Assembly: GCF_001677475.2 (NCBI RefSeq) | Contig: NZ_CP015229.1 | Reading direction: 5' to 3' (one strand) | DNA: 64,000 nt | From: Escherichia coli | Lineage (GTDB): Bacteria > Pseudomonadota > Gammaproteobacteria > Enterobacterales > Enterobacteriaceae | Part shown: positions 29,929 through 45,643 of the stretch, piece after piece | How positions within the stretch are numbered: position 1 is the first letter of the stretch | Layout of the letters: each line of letters starts with the position of its first letter | The notes under the pieces: model-generated | The model's database searches: none | What the model saw: only the letters and a program-made list of their open reading frames with translations | What the model was told of the DNA's origin: nothing | Translations under genes and position numbers: made by a program

Positions 29929-31223
29929 AGGCGCATCCCCTTCCCTTTGCGATGTAGCATCAAAGAAACCAGAAACGCCACCACGGCCATCAAGGTCACA
30001 TACCAGAAGAAGGCTGTTTCCATTCCTATTGATTTCAGCGACAACGCTACATACTCTGCTGAGCCACCAAATATAGCATTGGCGACCGCATATGACAGAC
30101 CAACGCCTAATGCGCGAACCTGTGCCGGGAACATCTCATCCTTCAGTATTCCACTGATTGAAGTATAAAAACTCACTATCAGCAGGGCACACATCACCAG
30201 ACCAAAAGCGGCATAAGGCGAGGAAACGTTTTGCAATGCTGAGAGAATAGGAACGGTAAAAATGGCTGCCAGCGAACCGAAACATAACATTGAGGTACGG
30301 CGACCAATCTTATCCGACAGCGCGCCAATGAGTGGTTGAATAAGCATGAACACAAACAATGCGGCAGTCATAATGCCACTCGCCACGTTGGCATGCATTC
30401 CCGCAGTATTTACCAGATACTTCTGCATATAAGTGGTGAAGGTATAGAAACAAAGGGAGCCCGCAGCGGTAAAACCGAGAACCATGATGAATGCACGGCG
30501 ATTGCGCCATAATCCTTTCAGAGATCCAGCTTCTTTTAAAGCGCGTGTTTCTTGTTGTGAAGTTTCATCTAACTGACGACGTAACCACAATGCCACAACC
30601 GCTAACACAGCTCCTAACGCGAAAGGAATACGCCATCCCCACTCTCTGAGTGCAGCGTCTTCCATGGTGTGTTGTAAAACCACGACAACCAGTAGGGCTA
30701 GCAGTTGTCCGCCGATCAACGTCACATACTGAAATGATGCGTAAAAACCTTTGCGCCCTTCAACGGCAACTTCACTCATATAGGTGGCGCTGGTGCCATA
30801 TTCTCCGCCAACGGATAATCCCTGAAATAAACGCGCGAGAAGCAATAATGCCGGAGCCCACGTACCGATTGTTTCATAACCAGGCAAACAGGCGATTACC
30901 AGTGAGCCGAAACACATCATACACACCGATAGCAGCATCGATTTTTTGCGACCATGTTTATCGGCTATGCGGCCAAATAGCCAACCGCCTATTGGGCGCA
31001 TCAGGAATCCCGCAGCAAAAACACCTGCTGTTTGCAGTAGTTGAGTCGTCGTGTTCCCGGAAGGGAAGAAGATGTGGGCGAAGTAGAGTGAACAGAACGA
31101 GTAGACATAGAAATCGAACCACTCGACCAGATTACCTGAAGAGGCCCCCACAATTGCCCAAATGCGGCGACGAGTATCACTACTTGTCAGTTTGCTGTCT
31201 GCCGTTACAGTACTTTCAGCCAT
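29925..31223 (-). CDS. kgtP: alpha-ketoglutarate:proton symporter (MFS)
   Basis: 432 aa from [20 protein letters not shown]; 12-TM MFS profile. Confidence 0.95.
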   Translation of the reverse strand: MAESTVTADSKLTSSDTRRRIWAIVGASSGNLVEWFDFYVYSFCSLYFAHIFFPSGNTTTQLLQTAGVFAAGFLMRPIGGWLFGRIADKHGRKKSMLLSVCMMCFGSLVIACLPGYETIGTWAPALLLLARLFQGLSVGGEYGTSATYMSEVAVEGRKGFYASFQYVTLIGGQLLALLVVVVLQHTMEDAALREWGWRIPFALGAVLAVVALWLRRQLDETSQQETRALKEAGSLKGLWRNRRAFIMVLGFTAAGSLCFYTFTTYMQKYLVNTAGMHANVASGIMTAALFVFMLIQPLIGALSDKIGRRTSMLCFGSLAAIFTVPILSALQNVSSPYAAFGLVMCALLIVSFYTSISGILKDEMFPAQVRALGVGLSYAVANAIFGGSAEYVALSLKSIGMETAFFWYVTLMAVVAFLVSLMLHRKGKGMRL

Positions 31224-31454
31224 GCCATTATGTCTCCTGCCGTAATCCGATGCTTTTGTCGGTCGCTGTTGTTTATTTTTTTTGGTAAAGAAAATGTTAT
31301 ACATTTGTTGCGCATCATTATGCAACCTTAACCATGAATTTAGTTAGCAGGAAAATGGTTATTGAGGATCTTAACGATAGATTTCTGGTAAGGAGGAAGT
31401 ATGGAAGTGGGCAATTTGGGGAAGCCGTATTCGCTGTTGAATCTGGCTTATGTG

Positions 31455-31490
31455 GGAGTATAAGACGCGCAGCGTCGCATCAGGCATTTT
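31455..31490. repeat. REP (repetitive extragenic palindromic) element
   Basis: Minus-strand GCCTGATGCGACGCTGCGCGTCTTATACTCCCACA, typical REP sequence between kgtP and the rrn terminators. Confidence 0.6.
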
Positions 31491-31504
31491 TTTCTGCGCC
31501 AATG

Positions 31505-31545
31505 CAAAAAGGCCCAGTCTTTCGACTGAGCCTTTCGTTTTATTT
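31505..31545 (-). terminator. rrnG distal terminator (T2-like copy)
   Basis: Second copy of the rrn terminator hairpin AAAGGCTCAGTCGAAAGACTGGGCCTTT + T-tract on the minus strand. Confidence 0.75.
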
Positions 31546-31671
31546 GATGCCTGGCAGTTTATGGCGGGCGTCCTGCCCGCCACCCTCCGGGCCGTTGCTT
31601 CGCAACGTTCAAATCCGCTCCCGGCGGATTTGTCCTACTCAGGAGAGCGTTCACCGACAAACAACAGATAA

Positions 31672-31712
31672 AACGAAAGGCCCAGTCTTTCGACTGAGCC
31701 TTTCGTTTTATT
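31672..31712 (-). terminator. rrnG proximal terminator (T1)
   Basis: Classic rrn T1 hairpin immediately 3' of the 5S rRNA. Confidence 0.85.
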
Positions 31713-31714
31713 TG

Positions 31715-31834
31715 ATGCCTGGCAGTTCCCTACTCTCGCATGGGGAGACCCCACACTACCATCGGCGCTACGGCGTTTCACTTCTGAGTTCGGCATGGGG
31801 TCAGGTGGGACCACCGCGCTACGGCCGCCAGGCA
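31715..31834 (-). rRNA. rrfG: 5S ribosomal RNA
   Basis: 120-nt exact match to E. coli 5S rRNA (UGCCUGGCGGCCGUAGCGCGG...CUGCCAGGCAU) on the minus strand. Confidence 0.97.
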
Positions 31835-31931
31835 AATTCTGTTTTATCAACACGTCATGTTCTGACCTGTCGATTTAATCTGTATCAGGCTGAAAATCTT
31901 CTCTCATCCGCCAAAACAGCTTCGGCGTTGT

Positions 31932-34834
<2,903 letters not shown>

Positions 34835-35017
34835 TCACAACCCGAAGATGTTTCACTTCTGATTGCGAAAATTTGAGAGACTCACGAACAACTTTCGTTG
34901 TTCAGTGTTTCAATTTTCAGCTTGATCCAGATTTTTAAAGAGCAAATATCTCAAACGTCACCCGAAGATGAGTTTTGAGATATTAAGGCAGGTGACTTTC
35001 ACTCACAAACCAGCAAG

Positions 35018-35093
35018 TGGCGTCCCCTAGGGGATTCGAACCCCTGTTACCGCCGTGAAAGGGCGGTGTCCTGGGCCTCTAGACGAAGGGGAC
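35018..35093 (-). tRNA. gltW: tRNA-Glu (UUC) in the 16S-23S spacer
   Basis: 76-nt match to GUCCCCUUCGUCUAGAGGCCCAGGACACCGCCCUUUCACGGCGGUAACAGGGGUUCGAAUCCCCUAGGGGACGCCA. Confidence 0.96.
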
Positions 35094-35178
35094 GTATCAG
35101 TCTGCTTCGCAAGACGCCTTGCTTTTCACTTTCTATCAGACAATCTGTGTGAGCACTGCAAAGTACGCTTCTTTAAGG

Positions 35179-36720
<1,542 letters not shown>

Positions 36721-36901
36721 AAAAGTTTGATGCTCAAAGAATTAAACTTCGTAATGAATTACGTGTTCACTCTTGAGACTTGGTATTCATTTTTCGTCTT
36801 GCGACGTTAAGAATCCGTATCTTCGAGTGCCCACACAGATTGTCTGATAAATTGTTAAAGAGCAGTGCCGCTTCGCTTTTTCTCAGCGGCGCGGGGTGTT
36901 C

Positions 36902-36929
36902 ATAATACGCTTTCCCGCTACAGAGTCAA
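36902..36929 (-). promoter_or_regulatory. rrnG P2 promoter
   Basis: Minus strand TTGACT - 16 bp - TATTAT upstream of the 16S leader. Confidence 0.8.
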
Positions 36930-37019
36930 GCATTTTTTTGCTTTTCTCTGTTGAGATTCTCAGGAGAACCCCGCTGACCCGGCGGCGTGTTTGCCGTTGT
37001 TCCGTGTCAGTGGTGGCGC

Positions 37020-37047
37020 ATTATAGGGAGTTATTCCGGCCTGACAA
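37020..37047 (-). promoter_or_regulatory. rrnG P1 promoter
   Basis: Minus strand TTGTCA - 16 bp - TATAAT with the GC-rich discriminator GCGCCACC; A/T-rich UP-element region further upstream (37050-37120). Confidence 0.85.
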
Positions 37048-37127
37048 GCGAAAAATATAAAAACTTTATCGTTCGCTCACTTTTCAGGCAAAACATCTTA
37101 AATATAGTCTTTTCCGTCTAACTTATA

Positions 37128-37156
37128 GACAAAAACGAGCCCCGAAGGGCTCGTTT
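37128..37156 (-). terminator. rho-independent terminator after clpB
   Basis: Hairpin ACGAGCCCTTCGGGGCTCGT followed by TTTTTG on the minus strand, 8 nt after the clpB stop. Confidence 0.75.
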
Positions 37157-37162
37157 TATCAT

Positions 37163-39736
37163 TTACTGGACGGCGACAATCCGGTCTTCATTAACTTCCA
37201 GGCGAATCACTTTACCCGGAACCAATTCACCAGACAGTATTTGCTGTGCCAGCGGGTTTTCGATCTGCTGCTGAATTGCACGTTTCAGAGGACGTGCACC
37301 ATAGACCGGATCGTAACCGTTCTCGCTCAGCAGTTTCAGCGCCTCGTCAGAAATGTGGATTTCATAACCACGTTCTTCCAGACGTTTATACAGACGTTTC
37401 AACTGAATCTGCGCAATCGACGCAATGTGCTGTTCACCCAGCGGATGGAAGACCACCACTTCATCGATACGGTTAATGAATTCCGGACGGAAGTTATGGC
37501 TAACCACACCGAGCACCAGCTCTTTCATGTGAGCATAATCCAGTTCACCGAAGCGTTCCTGAATCAGATCGGAACCGAGGTTAGAGGTCATAATGACGAC
37601 CGTATTACGGAAGTCGACCGTTCTCCCCTGCCCGTCAGTCAGACGCCCATCATCCAGTACCTGCAACAGAATGTTGAAGACATCCGGATGCGCTTTTTCC
37701 ACTTCATCCAGCAGGATGACGGAATACGGACGACGACGCACAGCTTCGGTCAGGTAGCCACCTTCTTCATAACCGACATATCCCGGAGGCGCACCAACCA
37801 GACGAGACACCGAGTGTTTCTCCATAAACTCGGACATATCGATACGGACCATCGCCTCGTCGCTATCAAACATAAAGTTCGCCAGCGCCTTACAAAGCTC
37901 TGTTTTCCCCACACCAGTTGGGCCGAGGAACAGGAATGAACCAATCGGGCGATTTGGATCCGCCAGCCCCGCACGGCTACGACGAATAGCGTTAGATACC
38001 GCATCAACCGCTTCGTTCTGACCAATTACGCGATGGTGCAGTTCTTGCTCCATACGCAGCAGTTTTTCGCGCTCGCTTTCCATCATGCGAGAAACCGGAA
38101 TCCCCGTCCAACGCGCCAGCACTTCAGCAATTTCGGCGTCGGTCACTTTATTACGCAACAGACGCATAGTTTTGCCTTCGAGCTGCGTTGCGGCTTCCAG
38201 TTGCTTTTCCAGTTCCGGGATTTTGCCGTATTGCAGTTCAGACATCCGCGCCAGGTCCCCCACACGGCGAGCCTGTTCAATAGCGATTTTCGCCTGTTCC
38301 AGTTCCGCTTTAATGGTCTGCGTACCAGAAAGCGATGCCTTCTCTGCTTTCCACTCTTCTTCTAACTCGGAGTACTGACGTTCTTTGTCGCTCAGCTCTT
38401 CGTTGAGCATATCCAGGCGTTTTTTACTGGCTTCATCAGACTCTTTCATTAACGCCTGTTGTTCCAGTTTGAGCTGGATGATACGACGATCGAGTCGGTC
38501 GAGTTCTTCTGGTTTTGAGTCAATCTGCATACGAATGCTGGATGCTGCTTCATCGATCAGGTCGATGGCTTTATCCGGCAGCTGACGGTCAGCAATGTAG
38601 CGATGAGACAACGTCGCCGCTGCAACAATTGCCGGGTCAGTAATTTGCACATGGTGGTGCAATTCGTAACGTTCTTTCAGGCCACGCAGAATCGCAATGG
38701 TATCTTCAACAGAAGGCTCGGCAACAAACACTTTCTGGAAACGACGTTCCAGCGCAGCATCTTTTTCGATGTACTGGCGATATTCGTCAAGCGTCGTGGC
38801 ACCTACGCAGTGCAATTCACCACGCGCCAGCGCCGGTTTCAGCATGTTTCCGGCGTCCATTGCGCCATCGGCTTTACCCGCGCCGACCATGGTATGTAAT
38901 TCGTCGATAAACAGGATGACGTTGCCTTCCTGTTTGGCAAGATCGTTAAGCACGCCTTTTAAACGTTCTTCAAACTCACCGCGATATTTCGCCCCAGCCA
39001 CCAGCGCGCCCATATCCAGCGCCAGTACCCGGCGGCCTTTCAACCCTTCCGGCACTTCGCCGTTGATAATACGCTGCGCCAGACCTTCAACGATGGCAGT
39101 TTTACCGACGCCTGGTTCACCAATCAGTACCGGGTTATTTTTAGTACGACGTTGTAGCACCTGAATGGTACGGCGAATTTCTTCATCACGACCAATCACC
39201 GGATCGAGTTTGCCCTGTTCGGCTCGTTCGGTAAGGTCGATGGTATATTTTTTCAAAGCCTGACGTTGGTCTTCAGCACCTTGATCGTTCACGCTTTCAC
39301 CTCCACGCATTTGTTCAATCGCTTGAGTAATGTTGGCGGTGGTCGCCCCTGCTGCTTTCAGGATGTCGGCCAGCGTGCCGCGAGACTCAAGTGCCGCCAG
39401 AACGAACAGTTCTGACGAGATAAAGTTATCACCACGTTTTTGCGCCAGCTTGTCGCAAAGATTAAGAACGCGCACCAGATCCTGTGATGGCTGGACATCA
39501 CCACCAGTACCTTCAACCTGCGGTAAACGATTTAATGCCTGATTGATATCTGTGCGCAACTGGCCAGCATTAATGCCAGCGGATGTTAATAAAGGACTAA
39601 CCGAACCCCCTTCCTGATTCAGCAGGGCGCTCATTAAATGAAGTGGTTCGATGAATTGGTTGTCGTGCCCGAGTGCAAGTGATTGGGCATCGGCAAGAGC
39701 AAGCTGGAATTTATTAGTAAGACGATCCAGACGCAT
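37163..39736 (-). CDS. clpB: disaggregase chaperone ClpB
   Basis: 857 aa from [11 protein letters not shown]; two AAA+ modules (Walker A GEPGVGKT and GPTGVGKT), coiled-coil M-domain. Confidence 0.97.
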
Positions 39737-39774
39737 AACTCCTCCCATAACGGATCAAAGTTGCTACTGGAGAT

Positions 39775-39803
39775 TAAATGAGGTCATCCCTCAATTATTC
39801 AAG
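39775..39803 (-). promoter_or_regulatory. sigma-32 heat-shock promoter of clpB
   Basis: Minus strand CTTGAA - 14 nt - CCTCATTTA, matching the sigma-32 -35 / -10 consensus (CTTGAA / CCCCATnT). Confidence 0.65.
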
Positions 39804-39865
39804 GTTATTGACCAGATTAATGTGAAAAGAAAATCACGCGTACCGGATCGTCTTGATTCTTTAGG

Positions 39866-40597
39866 TTATATCAGCCAAATGAAACTTGCCATACGACCAG
39901 TGGTCTTGTCGCGACGATAAGAGAAGAAAGTCTCATTTTCCGTATATGTACAACGGTTGCCGCCGAAAATTTGTTCGACACCGACGTTCGCCAGACGCTG
40001 CCGGGCAAGGAGATAAATATCCGCCAGATACTTATCACCATGCTGAATGAAAGCTGTACTCGCTTTGGCGTCTACTGCCATAAACGCCTCGCGAACCTCC
40101 GCCCCCACTTCAAACGCGCGTGGACCAATTGCCGGCCCTAACCAGGCGAGAATATTTTCCGGATTATCAGCAAAACAGGAAACCGTCTTCTCCAGCACGC
40201 CAGCGCACAGTCCACGCCAGCCAGCATGAGCGGCGGCGACTTCCGTTCCCGCTCGATTGCAAAACAGCACGGGGAGGCAGTCGGCAGTCATCACTGCGCA
40301 AACCGTGCCCGGCGTGTTGCTATAAGAGGCATCTGCTCGTTTTGAGGCATAAGGTTCGCCAGTAAGCTTAAGCACATCTTTGCCGTGTACCTGCTCAAGC
40401 CAGACCGGTTTTGAAGGCAAATGGCCCGCAGCAAAAAGTCGCTTGCGATTCTCCTCAACGTGATCCGGGTTATCGCCACAATGAGCACCGAGGTTGAGCG
40501 AGTCATACGGGGGCAAGCTCACGCCGCCGATACGAGTAGAGCTACAGGCCGCAACACCTTTTGGCAGCGGCCACTGCGGGACAATCAGCTTACTCAT
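39866..40597 (-). CDS. pgeF: purine nucleoside phosphorylase / peptidoglycan editing factor YfiH (PgeF)
   Basis: 243 aa from MSKLIVPQWPLPKGVAACSSTR; DUF152/laccase-like fold; 4-nt overlap with rluD. Confidence 0.92.
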   Translation of the reverse strand: MSKLIVPQWPLPKGVAACSSTRIGGVSLPPYDSLNLGAHCGDNPDHVEENRKRLFAAGHLPSKPVWLEQVHGKDVLKLTGEPYASKRADASYSNTPGTVCAVMTADCLPVLFCNRAGTEVAAAHAGWRGLCAGVLEKTVSCFADNPENILAWLGPAIGPRAFEVGAEVREAFMAVDAKASTAFIQHGDKYLADIYLLARQRLANVGVEQIFGGNRCTYTENETFFSYRRDKTTGRMASFIWLI

Positions 40598-41574
40598 AAC
40601 CAGTCCACTTCATCTTTATGCTCTTCGAAATCGGCGCGCATCACCTCAATCAGCTCCACCATATCTTGTGGAATAGGCGCATGCCATTCCATTTCGATGC
40701 CGGAGATTGGGTGATAAAGACGCAGCATGGTTGCATGAAGCGCCTGGCGGTCAAACTTACGCAGCGTGGAGATAAACGCTTCCGAAGCACCTTTTGGCGG
40801 ACGCGGACGGCCGCCATAAACCGGATCGCCCACCAGCGGATGAGTGATATGGGCCATATGCACGCGGATCTGGTGCGTACGTCCGGTTTCCAGACGCAAC
40901 CGCAGACGCGTGTGCACACGGAAGTGTTCCATGATGCGATAGTGAGTGACCGCCGGTTTACCCATCGGATGCACCGCCATGTGAGTACGTTTGGTCGGGT
41001 GGCGGCTGATTGGTTCATCTACTGTACCGCCAGCGGTCATATGACCAATTGCCACCGCTTCATACTCACGAGTAATTTCACGCCGTTGCAAAGATTCAAC
41101 TAAACGCGTCTGAGCCGGAACGGTTTTTGCCACAACCATCAGGCCGGTGGTGTCTTTATCCAGACGATGGACGATGCCCGCACGCGGTACATCGGCAATG
41201 GGCGGATAGTAATGAAGCAACGCATTCAGTACCGTACCATCCGGGTTACCCGCGCCAGGATGTACCACCAGGTCGCGTGGTTTATTAATGACGATGATAT
41301 CTTCATCTTCATAGACGATATCCAGCGGGATATCCTGCGGTTCAAAACGCGCTTCTTCTTCAATCTCAGCGTTGATGGCCACCTGCTCGCCACCCAATAC
41401 TTTTTCTTTCGGCTTATCACAAACTTTGCCGTTAACCAGCACGCGCTGGTCGAGGATCCATTCTTTTATTCGCGAACGTGAATAATCCGGGAACATTTCG
41501 GCCAAAGCCTGATCTAAGCGTTGACCGAGTTGGTTTTCGGACACCGTTGCAGTGAGCTGTACTCGTTGTGCCAT
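40594..41574 (-). CDS. rluD: 23S rRNA pseudouridine(1911/1915/1917) synthase RluD
   Basis: 326 aa; S4 domain N-terminus and RluA-family catalytic motif HRLDKDTTG. Confidence 0.96.
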   Translation of the reverse strand: MAQRVQLTATVSENQLGQRLDQALAEMFPDYSRSRIKEWILDQRVLVNGKVCDKPKEKVLGGEQVAINAEIEEEARFEPQDIPLDIVYEDEDIIVINKPRDLVVHPGAGNPDGTVLNALLHYYPPIADVPRAGIVHRLDKDTTGLMVVAKTVPAQTRLVESLQRREITREYEAVAIGHMTAGGTVDEPISRHPTKRTHMAVHPMGKPAVTHYRIMEHFRVHTRLRLRLETGRTHQIRVHMAHITHPLVGDPVYGGRPRPPKGASEAFISTLRKFDRQALHATMLRLYHPISGIEMEWHAPIPQDMVELIEVMRADFEEHKDEVDWL

Positions 41575-41708
41575 ATATACTGCTTCTTCGTTTATCGTTG
41601 GGGTTTTACGGCTTTGCCGTTTAATATAGTGTGCTATTGTAGCTGGTCTTAACCGGGAGCAGGAACAGAGAATCTCCCGTATTACATTTTGAGGAAAGTC
41701 AAAACGTC

Positions 41709-42446
41709 ATGACGCGCATGAAATATCTGGTGGCAGCCGCCACACTAAGCCTGTTTTTGGCGGGTTGCTCGGGGTCAAAGGAAGAAGTACCTGATAATCC
41801 GCCAAATGAAATTTACGCGACTGCACAACAAAAGCTGCAGGACGGTAACTGGAGACAGGCAATAACGCAACTGGAAGCGTTAGATAATCGCTATCCGTTT
41901 GGTCCATATTCGCAGCAGGTGCAGCTGGATCTCATCTACGCCTACTATAAAAACGCCGATTTGCCGTTAGCACAGGCTGCCATCGATCGTTTTATTCGCC
42001 TTAACCCGACCCATCCGAATATCGATTATGTCATGTACATGCGTGGCCTGACCAATATGGCGCTCGATGACAGTGCGCTGCAAGGGTTCTTTGGCGTTGA
42101 CCGTAGCGATCGCGATCCTCAACATGCACGAGCTGCGTTTAGTGACTTTTCCAAACTGGTGCGCGGCTATCCAAACAGTCAGTACACCACCGATGCCACC
42201 AAACGTCTGGTATTCCTGAAAGATCGTCTGGCGAAATATGAATACTCCGTGGCCGAGTACTATACAGAACGTGGTGCATGGGTTGCCGTCGTTAACCGCG
42301 TAGAAGGCATGTTGCGCGACTACCCGGATACCCAGGCTACGCGTGATGCGCTGCCGCTGATGGAAAATGCATACCGTCAGATGCAGATGAATGCGCAAGC
42401 TGAAAAAGTAGCGAAAATCATCGCTGCAAACAGCAGCAATACATAA
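41709..42446 (+). CDS. bamD: outer membrane protein assembly factor BamD (YfiO)
   Basis: 245 aa; lipobox LAGCSG; TPR-like repeats. Confidence 0.96.
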
Positions 42447-42463
42447 CAGAAACCTGAAACACA

Positions 42464-42496
42464 AAACGGCAGCCCTTGAGCTGCCGTTTTTTTATT
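42464..42496 (+). terminator. rho-independent terminator after bamD
   Basis: Hairpin AACGGCAGC-ccttgag-CTGCCGTT followed by a T7 run. Confidence 0.7.
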
Positions 42497-42662
42497 CTGT
42501 TAGTTGTGAAACTGAAGCGATTTAGTCACTATCGATCTCATCAAATATGGCTCGCTTTGAGATATTCCTCAAGTAAAAAAACACCTCTTCCTGCGATTTC
42601 TCACAAAAAAGATTCGTTGACAAAAAGTGACAAAATTATGAGATTTCCATCACACATTTTGA

Positions 42663-43058
<396 letters not shown>

Positions 43059-43080
43059 TCCTTTATATTGAGTGTATCGC

Positions 43081-43106
43081 CAACGCGCCTTCGGGCGCGT
43101 TTTTTG
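43081..43106 (+). terminator. rho-independent terminator after raiA
   Basis: Hairpin AACGCGCC-ttcg-GGCGCGTT followed by TTTTTTG; directly abuts the pheL promoter TTGACA. Confidence 0.7.
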
Positions 43107-43161
43107 TTGACAGCGTGAAAACAGTACGGGTACTGTACTGAAGTCACTTAAGGAAACAAAC

Positions 43162-43209
43162 ATGAAACACACACCGTTTTTCTTCGCATTCTTTTTTACC
43201 TTCCCCTGA
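43162..43209 (+). CDS. pheL: pheA leader peptide (Phe-rich attenuation peptide)
   Basis: ATG at 43162; translates MKHTPFFFAFFFTFP plus stop (7 Phe in 15 codons). Confidence 0.9.
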   Translation: MKHTPFFFAFFFTFP

Positions 43210-43254
43210 ATGGGAGGCGTTTCGTCGTGTGAAACAGAATGCGAAGACGAACAA

Positions 43255-43288
43255 TAAGGCCTCCCAAATCGGGGGGCCTTTTTTATTG
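43255..43288 (+). terminator. pheA attenuator (intrinsic terminator of the leader)
   Basis: Hairpin AAGGCCTCCC-aaatc-GGGGGGCCTT followed by a T6 run, between pheL and pheA. Confidence 0.85.
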
Positions 43289-43308
43289 ATAACAAAAAAG
43301 GCAACACT

Positions 43309-44469
43309 ATGACATCGGAAAACCCGTTACTGGCGCTGCGTGAGAAAATCAGCGCGCTGGATGAAAAATTATTAGCATTACTGGCAGAGCGGCGCGAACT
43401 GGCCGTCGAGGTGGGAAAAGCCAAACTGCTCTCGCATCGCCCGGTACGTGATATTGATCGTGAACGCGATTTGCTGGAAAGATTAATTACGCTCGGTAAA
43501 GCGCACCATCTGGACGCCCATTACATTACTCGCCTGTTCCAGCTCATCATTGAAGATTCCGTATTAACTCAGCAGGCTTTGCTCCAGCAACATCTCAATA
43601 AAATTAATCCACACTCTGCCCGCATTGCTTTTCTCGGCCCCAAAGGCTCCTATTCACATCTTGCCGCTCGTCAGTACGCTGCCCGTCACTTTGAGCAATT
43701 CATTGAAAGTGGCTGCGCCAAATTTGCCGATATTTTTAATCAGGTGGAAACCGGCCAGGCCGACTATGCCGTCGTACCGATTGAAAATACCAGCTCCGGT
43801 GCCATAAACGACGTTTACGATCTGCTGCAACATACCAGTTTGTCGATTGTTGGCGAGATGACGTTAACTATCGACCATTGTTTGTTGGTCTCCGGCACTA
43901 CTGATTTATCCACCATTAATACGGTCTACAGCCATCCGCAGCCATTCCAGCAATGCAGCAAATTCCTTAATCGTTATCCGCACTGGAAAATTGAATATAC
44001 CGAAAGTACGTCTGCGGCAATGGAAAAGGTTGCACAGGCAAAATCACCGCATGTTGCTGCGTTGGGAAGCGAAGCTGGCGGCACTTTGTACGGTTTGCAG
44101 GTACTGGAGCGTATTGAAGCGAATCAGCGACAAAACTTCACCCGATTTGTGGTGTTGGCACGTAAAGCCATTAACGTTTCTGACCAGGTTCCGGCGAAAA
44201 CGACGTTGTTAATGGCGACCGGACAACAAGCTGGTGCGCTGGTTGAAGCATTGCTGGTACTGCGCAACCACAATCTGATTATGACCCGTCTGGAATCACG
44301 CCCGATTCACGGAAACCCGTGGGAAGAGATGTTTTATCTGGATATTCAGGCCAATCTGGAATCAGCGGAAATGCAACAGGCGTTGAAAGAGCTAGGTGAA
44401 ATCACTCGCTCGATGAAAGTCCTGGGCTGTTACCCAAGCGAGAATGTGGTACCAGTCGATCCGGCATAA
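43309..44469 (+). CDS. pheA: bifunctional chorismate mutase / prephenate dehydratase
   Basis: 386 aa from [22 protein letters not shown]; CM, PDT and ACT domains. Confidence 0.96.
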   Translation: MTSENPLLALREKISALDEKLLALLAERRELAVEVGKAKLLSHRPVRDIDRERDLLERLITLGKAHHLDAHYITRLFQLIIEDSVLTQQALLQQHLNKINPHSARIAFLGPKGSYSHLAARQYAARHFEQFIESGCAKFADIFNQVETGQADYAVVPIENTSSGAINDVYDLLQHTSLSIVGEMTLTIDHCLLVSGTTDLSTINTVYSHPQPFQQCSKFLNRYPHWKIEYTESTSAAMEKVAQAKSPHVAALGSEAGGTLYGLQVLERIEANQRQNFTRFVVLARKAINVSDQVPAKTTLLMATGQQAGALVEALLVLRNHNLIMTRLESRPIHGNPWEEMFYLDIQANLESAEMQQALKELGEITRSMKVLGCYPSENVVPVDPA

Positions 44470-44476
44470 TGAAATC

Positions 44477-44504
44477 GTGCCGGGTGAAACACGCCACCCG
44501 GCAC
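44477..44504. terminator. convergent terminator hairpin between pheA and tyrA
   Basis: 10-bp stem GTGCCGGGTG / CACCCGGCAC with 8-nt loop between the two convergent stop codons. Confidence 0.55.
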
Positions 44505-44511
44505 TGGATTA

Positions 44512-45633
44512 TTACTGGCGACTGTCATTCGCCTGACGCAATAACACGCGGCTTTCACTCTGAAAACGCTGTGCGTAATCGCCGAACCAGTGCTCCACCT
44601 TGCGGAAACTGTCAATAAACGCCTGCTTATCGCCCTGCTCCAGCAACTCAATCGCCTCGCCGAAACGCTTATAATAACGTTTGATCAACGCCAGATTACG
44701 CTCTGACGACATAATGATGTCGGCATAAAGCTGCGGATCCTGAGCAAACAGTCGCCCGACCATCGCCAGCTCAAGGCGGTAAATCGGCGAAGAAAGTGCC
44801 AGAAGTTGCTCAAGCTGAACATTTTCTTCTGCCAGGTGCAGCCCATAAGCAAAAGTAGCAAAGTGGCGCAGAGCCTGAATAAACGCCATATTCTGATCGT
44901 GCTCGACGGCGCTAATACGATGCAGTCGAGCGCCCCAGACCTGAATTTGCTCCAGAAACCATTGGTATGCTTCCGGCTTACGTCCATCACACCAGACCAC
45001 AACTTGCTTTGCCAGGCTACCGCTGTCCGGGCCGAACATCGGGTGTAGCCCCAGCACCGGACCATCATGCGCCGCCAGCATGGCCTGTAATGGTCCATTT
45101 TTCACCGATGCCAGATCGACCAGAATACAATCTTTCGGTAAAGGCGGTAATTTGCCAATAACTTGTTCAGTAACGTGGATGGGCACACTAACAATCACCA
45201 TTCCGGCATCGGCAACAATATCAGCCGCTCGATCCCAGTCATGTTGCTCCAGAATCCGCACCTGATAACCCGAGAGTGTCAGCATCTTCTCGAACAGACG
45301 TCCCATCTGACCGCCACCACCGACGATAACCACCGGGCGCAGTGACGGACAAAGCGTTTTAAATCCTTTGTCGTTTTCACTGGAGTAAGATTCACGCATC
45401 ACCCGACGCAAAACATCCTCAATCAGATCTGGCGGTACACCCAGAGCTTCCGCCTCTGCACGACGCGAGGCCAGCATAGATGCCTCGCGCTCCGGAACAT
45501 AAATAGGCAGTCCAAAGCGGCTTTTCACCTCGCCCACTTCAGCAACCAGTTCCAGACGCTTCGCTAATAAATTCAGCAGCGCTTTATCGACTTCATCAAT
45601 TTGATCGCGTAATGCGGTCAACTCAGCAACCAT
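44512..45633 (-). CDS. tyrA: bifunctional chorismate mutase / prephenate dehydrogenase
   Basis: 373 aa from [20 protein letters not shown]. Confidence 0.96.
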   Translation of the reverse strand: MVAELTALRDQIDEVDKALLNLLAKRLELVAEVGEVKSRFGLPIYVPEREASMLASRRAEAEALGVPPDLIEDVLRRVMRESYSSENDKGFKTLCPSLRPVVIVGGGGQMGRLFEKMLTLSGYQVRILEQHDWDRAADIVADAGMVIVSVPIHVTEQVIGKLPPLPKDCILVDLASVKNGPLQAMLAAHDGPVLGLHPMFGPDSGSLAKQVVVWCDGRKPEAYQWFLEQIQVWGARLHRISAVEHDQNMAFIQALRHFATFAYGLHLAEENVQLEQLLALSSPIYRLELAMVGRLFAQDPQLYADIIMSSERNLALIKRYYKRFGEAIELLEQGDKQAFIDSFRKVEHWFGDYAQRFQSESRVLLRQANDSRQ

Positions 45634-45643
45634 AATAAACCTC

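Noticed and set aside
29925-31325. Longer N-terminal forms of kgtP (466 aa), pssA, aroF, yfiF, trmN6, rpoE, rseA, rpsP and others given by the ORF track
   Set aside because: The track takes the most upstream in-frame start; the shorter forms match recalled K-12 protein lengths and have better RBS placement, so features use the internal starts
31505-31727. Possible CRISPR-like direct repeats
   Set aside because: Only two copies, each an rrn terminator hairpin; no spacer array or cas genes
37241-39164. Series of plus-strand ORFs (232, 110, 97, 66, 98, 155 aa)
   Set aside because: All antisense to clpB; low-complexity Ser/Arg-rich translations typical of out-of-frame reading
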